From: Octopus vulgaris
Taxonomy: Eukaryota
Assembly: GCA_951406725.2 (NCBI GenBank)
Contig: OX597819.1
Coordinates: forward strand, 24,180,001-24,244,000
Length of the DNA stretch: 64,000 nucleotides
Direction: 5' to 3'
The position numbers were made by a program, and so were the translations under genes. This document shows, one piece after another, positions 43,264 through 55,183 of this stretch (positions within the stretch are counted from its first letter, which is position 1; the number at the start of each line of letters is the position of its first letter). Under the pieces are notes generated by a model, which made no database searches, was not told where the DNA came from, and worked only from the letters and a program-made list of their open reading frames with translations.

Positions 43264-43464
43264 AGTTCTTGGCTTTGGGTAAAAGAAAATACAGGAGGAT
43301 CAGTTAATTATGATTTTATTCAACATATATCCCCTCTCAGATTCGCACACTTACTGTAGCGGTCCTTCAGACTTACTAAGCCCTATAAAAGAACATGGAA
43401 GGTTGGGCCTCCAGCCAGGTTTTCCCGATACTCTTAAGGCTAAGAACTTTTCATCACTCCCCGT
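43264..43464. mobile_element. mariner-type MITE remnant
   Basis: Right TIR aagaacttttcatcactccccgTA. Left TIR is partial (agttcttggctt). Confidence 0.5.
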
Positions 43465-43473
43465 ATATGAATA

Positions 43474-43537
<64 letters not shown>

Positions 43538-43599
43538 GAGAGAGAGAGAGAGAGTGTGTGTGTGTGTGTGTGTGTGTGTTTTAGAAATACAGTTATAAT

Positions 43600-44212
43600 A
43601 TTTGGAGAGAAGATTTATTCTCAGAGAGTTAAGATTGAGAAAAGAACCTTTTTAGAAAGTCGAAAGACACTAATCTTTGGGATGAGGTTTTCCCAAAATG
43701 AGTTTAGGCTTTACTTTTTATAGATGTGTAAGCGATTTCAGTTCTTAACGTTTTCAAGCACGTGTTTTTTTTATACCTAGTGGAAGTTGTTTTCAGTAAA
43801 ATTGTTGTTGATTATTTCCAGTGTAGTTTCGGGCTCAGGAATCTTATGAAATATTCTTCCTTTGCCTTCCGGAGAAGGTCGTTCTCCTAATTTATTTTAC
43901 GATTTTCCCTCTTCATAACGTAAATGAAGAGAACGACCTTCTCCGGAAGGCTAAAGAAGAATATTTCATAAGATTCCTGAGTCCGAAACTAAACCGGAAT
44001 ATTGTCAACAACAATTTTACTGAAAACAACTTCCACTATATATATATAATAAGACGTGCTTGAAAAGGTTAAGAACTGAAAGTGCTTGGACATCTATAAA
44101 AGCAAATAGGACATACATTTTGTGAAATCTCTTCACAAAGGTTAGTGTCTTTCGACTTTCTAAAGAGTTTCTTTTCTCAATCTTAAACCTCCGAGAAAAA
44201 ATCTCCTCTCCA
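43600..44212. repeat. ~290-bp imperfect palindrome with a ~35-bp spacer
   Basis: ccttccggagaaggtcgttctc / gagaacgaccttctccggaagg at the centre. Similarity continues to tggagag / ctctcca at the ends. Confidence 0.88.
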
Positions 44213-44229
44213 TATATAACCATATATAC

Positions 44230-44313
<84 letters not shown>

Positions 44314-44581
44314 ACACAAGAGTTACGGAATGGAGTAATTAAGATCCGGGCTACAAGTGTCTTATAGCGGGCGGAGTCTCAGAAGTTGTAAAAATTCAAG
44401 CGAGGTGTGTGTATACCGCCGTTACTCTTGAGTTCAAAGTTATCTTGATTGAATCAAAGGCTACATTGTCGCTAGGATATACATTTTGACGCATGGAAGA
44501 TTAAATCAAAAAGTTTTTTTTTTTAATATTTGCTACGGATTGCGTGAAGCTAACGTTTTTTCCTACACCTCGATCCCTGGA

Positions 44582-44665
<84 letters not shown>

Positions 44666-44667
<2 letters not shown>

Positions 44668-45397
44668 AATGTAGGATAAAAATTTTTTTCGAAAAAAGAA
44701 AATTTATCAATGGCCAGCATATTAAAAAAATCCTTTAAAGGTTAAATTTATATATTTCATAAATAAAGGCAAACGAAAAAATTTTTAAAGCCAAATATGC
44801 CGAAAAATTGGACATATTGTCCATAAACCATATAACTTTTTCACAATATGCACGCTACTCGAAAAAAGGCCGACAGAAATTTCTAAAAAATTCCATTATT
44901 ACCATATCGGACCGATTTCAGGGTTAGATCATAAGAGCCCTCCCTTCGTCAGTGATAAATGTGGCAAAAGAAATAAATGAAATACTTACTCATACCCATG
45001 GAAGAAGCAAACACTAAGTCATGAGCACAATTAAGTACCCCAAATACATCCAAAATAGAAATATTCCAGCCCATTCAAGACACGTGCGATTTGAACTGAG
45101 GCCCTCACAAAGTGAGAGAATCCGGAAGTGAACGCTTAAATTTATATCTAATGTAGGATAAAATTTTTTTCGAAAAAAAAAACTTTTATCAATGGTCAGC
45201 ATATTAAAAAATTCCTTGAAAGGTTAAATTTATATAATTCATAAATAAGGGCAAACGAAAAAATTTCTAATGCCAAATATGCCGAAAAATTGGACATATT
45301 GTCCATTAACCATATAATTTTTTCACAATATGCACGCTACTCGAAAAAAGGCCGACAGAAATTTCTAAAAAATTCCATTATTACCATATCGGACCGA
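44666..45397 (-). mobile_element. partial tandem (about 1.5 copies) of a 482-nt HHR-bearing unit
   Basis: 44666-44915 is repeated at 45148-45397. (TA)n on the left. Confidence 0.82.
44899..44958 (-). ncRNA. type I hammerhead ribozyme, canonical core
   Basis: TTATCA-CTGACGA-AGGG...CCCT-GAA-ATCGG t CCGAT-A-TGGTAA. Confidence 0.8.
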
Positions 45398-45484
45398 GGT
45401 GGAAATAGCACAGAAGTAAGTTTAAGACATTTTAATTTTAGAAAGAGTTTAATAAAAATGATTTTAAAAATTAAATAAAGAAAA

Positions 45485-45523
45485 TATTACCGGTTTCGAT
45501 GATGAATCTCATCTTATCAAATA
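45485..45523 (-). ncRNA. type I hammerhead, U3-A8 variant
   Basis: tat-TTGATAA-GATGA gattca TCATC-GAA-ACCGGT-A-ata. Confidence 0.6.
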
Positions 45524-45829
45524 GTAAAATTTTATAAAAATTTGAAGTAAAAACAGTTTAAATGTTTAAATGTACACTAATTTTTATATGGATATTATGT
45601 CTGTTGACTTCGTATACATACTAGGTCACTGGTAGAAAAATTTCTATAATTTTTCCTACTCTATATTAATTTTCAGAAATGATTTTAGCAATTTCTGAAG
45701 TTTAATCGGAACTTTTACTCTGCCAGCGATTGAATCTGCGCTTGCGCGGGGAATTTGAAAAATTATAATATATAACAATGAGACACGTGTTATTTGGACT
45801 CTAATTTATAAGTTAATGGTTTGGCGTAT

Positions 45830-45891
45830 CCGCTGATGAGAACTTGCATATTATTTTATTTGCTAATTAAAGTTCGAAACTTGAGGTCTGG
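45830..45891 (+). ncRNA. type I hammerhead ribozyme, canonical core
   Basis: ccg-CTGATGA-GAACTT...AAGTTC-GAA-ACTT g AGGT-C-tgg. Confidence 0.7.
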
Positions 45892-46065
45892 CTGTAAAAC
45901 ATGGTAAATGTTTTTATTCTTCATTCCCTTCAAAATTGCTCTTTACTGTGGTTTAGACTTTTTGACTGTTCTTTCTAGTATGTTAGGCAACCTGTTAAGA
46001 CTCGCCTCTTTGTGTTTAAATGTACACTAAATTACATATATATATATATATATATTAAAAAAATT

Positions 46066-46214
46066 GGGGTGGTAAGTAGCTTGCTTACCAACCACATGGT
46101 TCCAGGTTCGTCCCACTGCGTGGCACCTTGGATAAGTGTCTCCTGCTATAGCCTCGGGTCGACCAAACCCTTGTGAGTAGATTTGGTAGACGGAAACTGA
46201 AAGAAGCCTGTCGT
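46066..46214 (+). mobile_element. SINE family C, 5' half
   Basis: gtggtaagtagcttgcttaccaaccacatggttcc...gacggaaactgaaagaagcc. Confidence 0.85.
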
Positions 46215-46215
46215 A

Positions 46216-46275
<60 letters not shown>

Positions 46276-46277
<2 letters not shown>

Positions 46278-46480
46278 GTGACCGCGTGGGTATCGTTGGC
46301 GATTTTTTCTTCCGTCTTCCCTTCCTTGGATCTTTCCTTTTCCTATGTTTCTGACGAAGAGATCCGCTCGAAACGTTAGATCCTCCTTCTTTCTTTCCTT
46401 TCTTGAGCGTCCCCTAACACACTATACTTGTTCCACGTCCACGTGTTGTTGTGTTTTCTCATTGTGTTTTCATGTTTGGA

Positions 46481-46486
<6 letters not shown>
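46276..46486 (+). mobile_element. ~205-bp HHR mini-element (family M), within the SINE-derived (TA)n
   Basis: Same ends as the other copies. HHR at 46347-46381 with a CTGACGA core. Confidence 0.82.
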
Positions 46487-46543
<57 letters not shown>

Positions 46544-46622
46544 TATGTGTATGTACATATCTCTCTGTTTCGCTCTCTCTCTATATATACATATATACAT
46601 ACATATATATCTATACATACAT

Positions 46623-46668
<46 letters not shown>

Positions 46669-47249
46669 TATGTATATACATATTCATATATATATGCATG
46701 CTTTTATTAGGTTTGTACGTGTGGGCGTACATATTGAATGATAAACTATAAACTTTTATTCATACATACCATATTTACATTTGTATACAAATACGTTTTG
46801 CATGCAGGTGGTTATCAATTCAGTGATTTTCGCTCTTCGATCTAGGGAAGTTGACGAATCCTATAACGGAAAGGAAGAAAAAATCCTTTTTGTTCATTTG
46901 TCGTGTGGGTGGTCCCTTGTGTGAAAGTCAATTCAGCGTTCAATCCCATGCTCGATGCTTCTATTCCCTTGTCTTTGTCTCCCTCTCACCACCAGTCTAC
47001 GTTGTACGTCTGTTCGTACTACTAAATCTTCTATGTATGTATAATTAATTTGAAACACACACACACACACACAACCACAAAAGAAACGTCGCATACATAC
47101 TAAATAGAAACCGGGTTATTAACAGTCTGCCATAGTATTCATTGAAGAGTGCTAATTAAGAAACCGTTCTTTCTTAATGATAAAACGTCATTTTCTGAAA
47201 CATGTTTGACGTCACATTGTGTCACATGATAACGGAGTGGCCTGGATCC

Positions 47250-47947
47250 GAAGAGATGAACTCAATATCACGTGTGACCACTGTTAGCGTTGATTACCGC
47301 CAGACATCTTCTACACATTGAATGCATTAAGCGATTGATGGAGTCCATGAGGATAGTAACCCACACTCTCAAAATTTGCAGTGAGTTGTACCTCAGTTGT
47401 CGGTCTAGGACAGATGTCATTTAGACTTCTTTGGATTTCGTCCCACGGGTGCTCTGTGGGGTTCAGGTCCGGACTTGGGGCAGGCCATAACAGTGTCTGG
47501 ATTTTGTGCTGTTGGAGGAAGTCTGTTATCAGCCTAACAGTATGGTCACGGGCGTTGTCATGTTGGAAGACGTGATTCCAATGATGAGCAAAGAATGACA
47601 CAGTGTGAGGCCTTAACACTTGGCTGATGTATCGAGCAGCGGTTACTCCATTGCAACAGAAACTGGTGCAACTGAAGGAGAACATCAATTGAGAAATTAG
47701 AGGTCCGAAATCCTTGAGGGTGTTATGGTGCAAGTTTTGGAAAAAGCACGGGCGTGCGAAGCCGAAAATGGCTATCATTTAAGCGATGTCCTATTTCATA
47801 TGTGATGTAGTGGCATTGCAAAATTTGAATTCTGCATATTAATCTCCATTATGTCCTTTATAGTGTGTCAAAATTTCATGCATTTATTTATAAAATTAAG
47901 GTAGTTATTAAAACTTGAATCCAGTCAATGACTTTTGGGACACCCTG
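47250..47947 (-). mobile_element. Tc1-family (DD34E) transposon remnant
   Basis: VFQHDNARDHT and WPAPSPDLNPTEHPW in ORF 47311-47778. TIR-like CAGGGTGTCCCAAAAGT on the minus strand at 47947. Confidence 0.82.
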
Positions 47948-47960
47948 TGTGTGTGTGTGC

Positions 47961-48009
<49 letters not shown>

Positions 48010-48081
48010 CCTTAAATCCTTAAAAATGTTTTAGCCCGAAGGCCGCGGCCATGCTGGGGCACCACCGCTGAATGAGCTACA

Positions 48082-51000
48082 CTAGTTTGTGAATCCACCT
48101 CTGATACGTGGCACTTGATCAACAAGGGAGTTCGATGCTGCTGCCCGCATCCGTGTCTCCTGTCGTGAGGTAGGTTCATCTGGGACTCCCAACAAGAAGA
48201 GATCCAGTTTAGTTTTAAAGAAACCCACATCCACACCATGTAAGTCTCTCAGGCATTTAGGGAGGATGTTAAAGAGCTGTGGTCCTCTGAAACCCAAGCT
48301 GTTGCAGTATCTGGACCTGTATTTTGATGGTGATGTTGGAATCCTTGGCACCACGCAGCGGCGCCCCGTTCTGCGGTTGGAGTAACTTTGAATGCCAAAG
48401 TTTGGGACAAGACCCTCCAGGATCTTCCAGATGTATATCACTGCATATCTCTCCCGCCTCCGCTCCAGGGAGAAGAGGTTTAATACCTTCAGTCTTTCCC
48501 AGTAGCTGACATTTTGCATTGAGACGATTTTCTTTGTGTAGCTTCTCTGAGTTGCTTCGAGTTCTGCTGTTTGTTTTATATTGTGTGGTGACCAAAGTTG
48601 GGAGCAGTAGTCCAAGCGGCTGAGGACAAATGTTTTCCATAGGACCATCAGTGTCTCCTTCTCTCTTGTTCTGAAAGTTCGGAGAATCCATCCAGCTAGC
48701 CGTCTGCATTTTATCACCAGATTAGCAATATGCATTTGGAAAGATGCATCATTGCTCATGTCAATGCCCAGGTCACGCACTGATTTTGACTCAGGGATTG
48801 CAATTCTTCCTGGGCCAGTGTATCCAGTCTTCACGTCATTTACCTTTGTGTGCCAGTAGCGCAGGGCCTGGAACTTACCTGCATTAAACTGCATGTTGTT
48901 GTCCTCAGCCCACCTGTATATTGTGTCCAGCTCATGTTGCAGATGCGCAATATTTTCAGGGTTTTGTATTGCGTGGGAGACTTTTGTGTCATCTGCATAG
49001 CTAGCAAGGGTAGTCATCGTAGCAACTGAAGGCATGTCTGAAAGGGCCACTATGAACATCAGTGGCCCCAAGACAGTGCCCTGTGGGACACCGCTTGTTA
49101 TTTGCGTTTCCCTGGAGGTGGCTCCATTGCTCACAACTGCCTGTTTTCTGTCTTTTAGGAAGTTGTGCAGCCACTCTCCAAGTTTCCCGCCTATGCCGAG
49201 ACCACGCAGTTTGTGACAGATCATACCATGGTCGACTTTATCAAAGGCTTTTGCAAAGTCAAGATATATTACATCCACATTTGAGCCATTTAGTAGCTGT
49301 TTCAACACCCAGTCATAGTGTTGCAGGAGCTGTGTTAGGCAGCCTCTACCTGGTCGAAATCCATGCTGGGTGTCAGACAGTAAGTCATTTTCTTCAAGGA
49401 ACATGATTAGTTTCTTACGGACTATTCGTTCCATGACTTTGCTGATGTGTGAGGTCAGAGAGATAGGCCTATAATTTTTAGCATCTGCTCTGTTACCTCC
49501 CTTATGGATAGGGCATATTACCCCCTCTTTCAGTTTGACTGGGAGCTTACCACTTGCAAGAAAGCTCTGAAAAAGAAGCTGTAGCGGTTTTGCAAGGGCT
49601 CGTTTGCACGATTTGAGAAGGATCGCTGGGAATCCATCAGGTCCAGCAGCTGAGTTTGTGTCAATCTCATCAATGGCTAGTGTGATATCATCATCTTCGA
49701 TGTTGATGTACTCAATTTTTGTCTCTTTGGCCGCTGGTAAAGTGGCAAAGAATTATTCTGGGTTGTTTACTTGCCTGTGTCCTAGAGGTGTAGTGAACAC
49801 ACTTTGGAACTGTTCGTTCAGTATTTCACTTATCCTCGTGGGATTTCCTGTGAGAGAGCCATCTTTTTGGAAGAGAGGTCCTATTCTCTGGTGCACTGTG
49901 GCTGTCTCTTTGGCAAACTTAAAGAAAGCTTTAGGGTTTGATTTTATATTTTCTATTACCCAAGCTTCTTTATCTGCTCTCTCCTTTTCATGGGACTGAT
50001 GTAGACTTTTCTCAGTTTCCATTAGCATTCTTTCGAGCCGAGACTTCTCACCACTTTTGGTGTGCTTGCTCAGGCGGTTTGCAATCCTTGTCCGTCGTCT
50101 CATAAGAATCCTCCTTTCTCTAGGGATCCTGTTTTTGTTCTTGTGTGTGCTGGCTCTGCACATTGGGACATATTTGTCACATATGGCTTGTATTATGGAC
50201 ATGAAGTGTTTGTGTTTCATGTTTATGTCCGGTGTGGAGAGACATTCAGGCCAATCCTGTTTGAGGATCTCTTTCTCAATCGACTTCCAGTTGGCTTTAT
50301 GAAAGTTTAAGTTGGAGAGATGGTGGGTGCTTCGTATAGGCTGTGTGTCTGCGGGGGCTTTTGTTCCATACATAGACAGCTCTATTATGTTGTGATCCGA
50401 GATCATTGTCGGCATCACATTAACATTATGGATAATATCCATATTGTTTGTGAAGCAGAGATCCAGTATATTATCTGCCCTTGTTGGTTGCAGAACTATT
50501 TGCTCCATGAAAGAGGCATTTGTGAGATGGAGCAGGGACTCCACCTGTGCCTGCTGATGGTGTGTCATCCCTGGGAGCATCTGCCCCCCAGGCCATTCCA
50601 CATTGGGGAGGTTAAAGTCACCCATGAAGAATACACTGTTGTGCTGTTCAAGGTTGGTGAGGACTTCTCCTATTTTTGTTAGGCAGTCTTCAAACATGCC
50701 TGAGTGTTTTGGGGCATCTGGTGGGCGATATGTAGTGCATATGACGATATTCAGTTGTCTTATGTGTACAATTTGAGTTTCACATACTGAGTTTGAATAT
50801 GACAGCAGGACCTGGGGCGTGAGGTCATCTCGGATGTACATTGCAACTCCACCATGGCTCCTCCCTTTTCTATCTGTGCGTATGACTGCATATTGCGGCA
50901 TGTGTATTTCTGCATCACCTATATCGGGTTCAAGATGCGTTTCTGTGAGTGCCATGCATATAGCTTGATTGCATGTCACAAGGTCTCTCAGGAATGAAAT

Positions 51001-51180
51001 TTTCTTTTTACAGTTTCCGCGCAGCAGCCCTCCTACATTCAGTAGAAATATTTTTGTGGTGTTGGTGTTGGTGTCTGTGGTGGCCATCCTGCATCTGTTG
51101 GAGGTGGCCTTATGTGGTGGTAGTTCCAGCTTTGTGCTTGTAGCCAGGTCAGTTGCTGAACAATTTTTTGTGCCATGCAC
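48082..51180 (-). pseudogene. LINE ORF2 (AP endonuclease + reverse transcriptase), one in-frame stop at 49753-49755
   Basis: LTETHL, GGVAMY, YRPP, MGDFNLP, ILDL, SDHN, then NYRPISLTS, DFAKAFDKVDH, GVPQGTVLGP, YADDTK, LDYCSQLWSP, SLERRR. Both ORF pieces share a frame and the segment between them is open. Confidence 0.93.
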
Positions 51181-51934
51181 AAAAAGACTGCTGTTCAGCT
51201 GCCGCCCTTCTCACATCTGGGTGAAGCTGGCCACCTGTTGGGTTTCCGCGCACCACATCTGCATACCGTCTTTCAGTAGTGGTCAGTGCGCTTTTTTCCC
51301 TTCTTTTAACTTTTTGTTTTTGTTTTTGTTCTCCCTGAGGGAGGGACCTCTGTCTCGCGTCCGTGCGGTTTTGGTAGGGCCTCCGATGTGCAAAGCGACA
51401 GTTTGCACCTTCAACGCCGTACCAGCAGTCCCCCCTCAGGTAGAATTTGCAGGTGTTTCTTTCCCTGCCCTTACAGTTTTTGCTGGGGTCCCTCTGCTTT
51501 CTCTGGACAGGGCTTCCTTTAGCCTTGATTCTGTCACCCTTTACCTCCTGCTTCCCATCAATTCCAGGGTGCCTTTCCTTTCTTGCGGCCATCGCACCTC
51601 TTTGGTCTTCAGTTGTGGTGTTGGAAGCTGGACATGTGTCATCGTTTCCCTGTGTTCCAGGCTTCTCCATTTGGCTCTGGATGCTTTCCTCATCCTTTTG
51701 GCCCTCCCTGCTGCCGTCACCTCCCAGGATGATGTCCAGGGTGTCCACATGTTGCCTGATTAGAGCGTACGAACGGATAACTTCTCTCTTCTTTCGCTCT
51801 ATCTGGGCGGTGGTTCTCGAAAAATTGTTGCTTTTCAGCGCCGCAGCAATAATGTCGTTCGGCGAGTCGTCCTCAGCGATCCTCCAAGCGCGGACGAACA
51901 ATTGCACCTCTCTCGCAGACCAGTTTCTTGCCAT
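51149..51934 (-). CDS. LINE ORF1: N-terminal Myb/SANT-like helix domain and CCCH zinc finger
   Basis: MARNWSAREVQLFVRAW...IAAAL...RTTAQIERK and CKFYLRGDCWYGVEGANCRFAH. Confidence 0.7.
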   Translation of the reverse strand: MARNWSAREVQLFVRAWRIAEDDSPNDIIAAALKSNNFSRTTAQIERKKREVIRSYALIRQHVDTLDIILGGDGSREGQKDEESIQSQMEKPGTQGNDDTCPASNTTTEDQRGAMAARKERHPGIDGKQEVKGDRIKAKGSPVQRKQRDPSKNCKGRERNTCKFYLRGDCWYGVEGANCRFAHRRPYQNRTDARQRSLPQGEQKQKQKVKRREKSALTTTERRYADVVRGNPTGGQLHPDVRRAAAEQQSFCAWHKKLFSN

Positions 51935-52768
51935 TTTCTTCTAGTGAAATATAGGAACAGAGAGAGAGATAGAGAAGGAGAGATATGGAGAGGGAGAAGA
52001 GAAAGGAGAAAAGGAGAAAAGCCAGGGGGGGGATAGAGAGAGACGAGGGGATTGTCCTGAGAGAAGAGAGAAAGAGAGAAAATAAGAGGGAAAAAGAGAA
52101 AGGTGAAAGAATGGCAGGTCAGCAGGGGGAGAGTGAGCGGGATAGAGGTGTAGTAGAAAGGGACAGGGTGGAAAAGTGAGACAAGAGGGTGGACCCTAGG
52201 GGGAGCAGGGAGAAGAAAGGCGGAGAGATAAAATGGAGAGGAAGAGAGAGATAAAATGGAGAGGGAGAGGGCAGGATAGAGGTACCAGGGAGTGAAGTAA
52301 AGGGACAGAGAGGGTGGTGTGGAGGAAGGAGACAGAGAGAGGAAAAAAGAGACAGGGGGTGGTGAGCCTTAGAGGGAACAGGGAGAGGAAAGGTAGGAAG
52401 AAAAAAGGGGGAAGAGGAAGAGAGGGGGCGCAACAGAGTGTAGTAAAGGGACAGGGAGGGTGGTGTAGAGAAAGAAATAAGGGGACAGAAGGGGAAGAGG
52501 AAAAGGGGTTTGACCTGTGAAGGAGCGGAGAGGAAAGAGGCAGAGAGAGGGAGGGGGAGTAACAGAGAGAGAGAGAGAAAGAGGGCGGTATATAGATACA
52601 AGAGAGAATGAGTGAAGTTGAGGAACTGAGAGAGGGGTGAGGTGAGAGAAAGTTGATCTGAGAGAGATGCAGAAAGAGAAACGATTGCAGAGGGAGAGAG
52701 AGGGAGGAGGGGAGAGTGAGAGCGGAAATAGAGGGTCTGGTGGATGGGGAGACAGATAAGGTATAAAC

Positions 52769-53085
52769 TGTATGAGAGAGATAGAAATAGAAATGTAAGA
52801 AAGAGAGGGAGAGATTATAAAGATAGAATAGCGCGTATTTTTATATCTTTTTAATTATTATTTTCTGTTTGAAAGAACACTAATGATAACAAATAATAAA
52901 AATGTATGAGAGAGATAGAAATAGAAATGTAAGAAAGAGAAAGAGAGAGTGCGTGGCAGGCACGGAGGACGAAATTATAAAGATTATAAAGATAGAATAC
53001 CGCGTATTTTTATATTTTTATATCTTTTTTTTTTTTTTTTTAATTATTTTCTGTTTGAAAGAACACTAATGATAACAAAATAAAT
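52769..53085. repeat. direct duplication (~135-180 bp) upstream of LINE ORF1
   Basis: tgtatgagagagatagaaatagaaatgtaagaaagag...gaaagaacactaatgataac occurs at 52769 and 52903. Confidence 0.85.
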
Positions 53086-53597
53086 AATATCTTACCTTAC
53101 CGGCTGAGAGAGTACTTACGTGATTCCTTTTTATAAGAAAGGAAGATAGATAGACAAGATAGACCTTTTATATTCCCCAAGCGCACTTTGTAAACAAAAG
53201 GGATTTGAGTTTCGATTTAGCACATGCAACAGTTTGACGATACTTTCTGTATTTTCCTAAGCGATTTGGTATTAAGCAGCAAATTTTTCAGAGGCTTTTT
53301 TCAGAACACGCAGATATACATCAAAAACGAAAATATCCTTCTCAAAAATACTGTGTCTTGTTGATTCACAGACGAAGAATAAAATTCACTTCGATTTCGG
53401 GAAGTAACACACGTGCGTTTTAACACGTGTATTCGCGAGTATGTTCTAGTTGCAAATACTATATCAAAAGCGAAAATATTCTTCTCAAATACAGTGACTT
53501 GTTGTACTATCACTTATATTCGCTTTGCAAACAATTTCGCTTCTGATAACATCGATCTCTGGAAGGACTTCTTTAATATATATATATATATATACAT

Positions 53598-53760
53598 ATG
53601 ACAGTCTTCACTCAGTTTCCATCTACCAAATCCGCTCTCAAAGCTTTGGCATCCTGCGTCTATAGTAGAAATCACTTGCTCAGAGTGCCGCTTAGTGAGA
53701 CTGAACCCGGAATCATGTGGTTAGGAAGCAAACATCTTACCACATAGCCACACCTGAGCC
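53598..53760 (-). mobile_element. SINE family C, 5' half, diverged
   Basis: Reverse complement of the family head. Confidence 0.78.
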
Positions 53761-53959
53761 ATTATAGATCTATATGTGCATATACATATATACGTATGTG
53801 CGTGTATGTATGCATATATATGTGTATGTATGTATACGTAAATGACGAACGACGAAAATGAGTGCTGAACACAACATTGGTGGATATATATTAAGGCACC
53901 AGGATATTTTCTTACACTTTTCCCCAATACCGTGTTGAGCACTTATATATATATATATA

Positions 53960-54022
<63 letters not shown>

Positions 54023-54039
54023 CATATATATATATAACA

Positions 54040-54079
<40 letters not shown>

Positions 54080-54112
54080 CATACATAAATATATATATAC
54101 ATATATACATAC

Positions 54113-54165
<53 letters not shown>

Positions 54166-54737
54166 TATATATACTCATTGCTCCACACGGTTTTCTTTTT
54201 ATCGTCAGCTATTTTTTTCTCTTTATTTTTTTCTCTCTAAAGCGACTCCCATTTTTTCTCTTTCATTCTGTTTATGAATGAAACACGAGAATAATAAGCA
54301 AGCTTAATATACGGATGGATACGCCTTATTGTAATTGAAATAGCTTCGTTCAGGGTCAGCGAGAGCTAAAGGGCAAGTGAGACCTTTTGTTTTAAATAAA
54401 ATTATTTTGCATCTGAGTTATAACGTTGCTTTAATCTGACCTGCTAAACTCCTTATTTTCATATCTGTCATATGTCTACCTAATTTTTTTTTATATTTCC
54501 ACTTTTTTTGTTCGCTTCGTTTTGTTTTATATTCTTTTTTTCTGTACTTGTGTTTCTTATTGAAGAGTTCTCTCATGATATACAATATCGTTTATTTAAT
54601 TTTTTCTTTTCTTTGCAATAATATTAGGAGAGTCTAGTGATGCTTATTAAAATTTATAAGTACGAGACAGTTATATTTCTATCTATCTATATGTAATTAT
54701 ATAAATGTAAATGCATATAGACTTATATACCAATTCA

Positions 54738-54796
<59 letters not shown>

Positions 54797-54797
<1 letters not shown>

Positions 54798-55180
54798 CGA
54801 GCAAATCGCCCTCCCCCCCACGTCCAATGGACGGTGCTGAGTTGTCAAACATTTAAACCAAATGTTTTCAAAACATCTTGTCCGACTGTCCCATAGGCAT
54901 CCCCTTTGAGAAACACTGATTTAATCTAAATTTGAGACACCAGAAAAAGAAGAAATAAGGATAGACTTTTTCCCTATTCCAACGAAAAACGATTTCCCAC
55001 GGCTTTATCCATCGCATTCTCACCTGCAATCGACTTTTGTAATTTTTTCAAGACTTATACATGCCCTGATACCGTCGGTGTCTACATATCAAATTTGAGC
55101 GCAATCGGATAGAAGATGCCCGAGATCCTAGAAGCCACACACACTCAGACAGACAGACAGAACAGATTTTATATAAGAGA
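54797..55180 (-). mobile_element. possible non-autonomous Helitron-like element
   Basis: aaatttgagcgcaatcgg...(acag)n...ttttatataagaga end resembles the end of the 61034-61915 element. Confidence 0.4.
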
Positions 55181-55183
55181 TAT

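Larger units (their letters stand above)
48006..53180 (-). mobile_element. CR1-type LINE, near full length (5' boundary uncertain)
   Basis: ORF1 plus APE-RT ORF2, a short 3' UTR with a stem-loop and (AAGGATTT)n tail next to (TA)n, and a long pyrimidine-rich 5' region. Confidence 0.88.

Noticed and set aside
51149-51180. Programmed frameshift between LINE ORF1 and ORF2
   Set aside because: No in-frame X XXY YYZ heptamer was found in the overlap, and ORF2 has its own Met before the APE domain.
50969-51944. Plus-strand ORFs of 264 and 165 aa
   Set aside because: Antisense shadows of LINE ORF1/ORF2 with no motifs.
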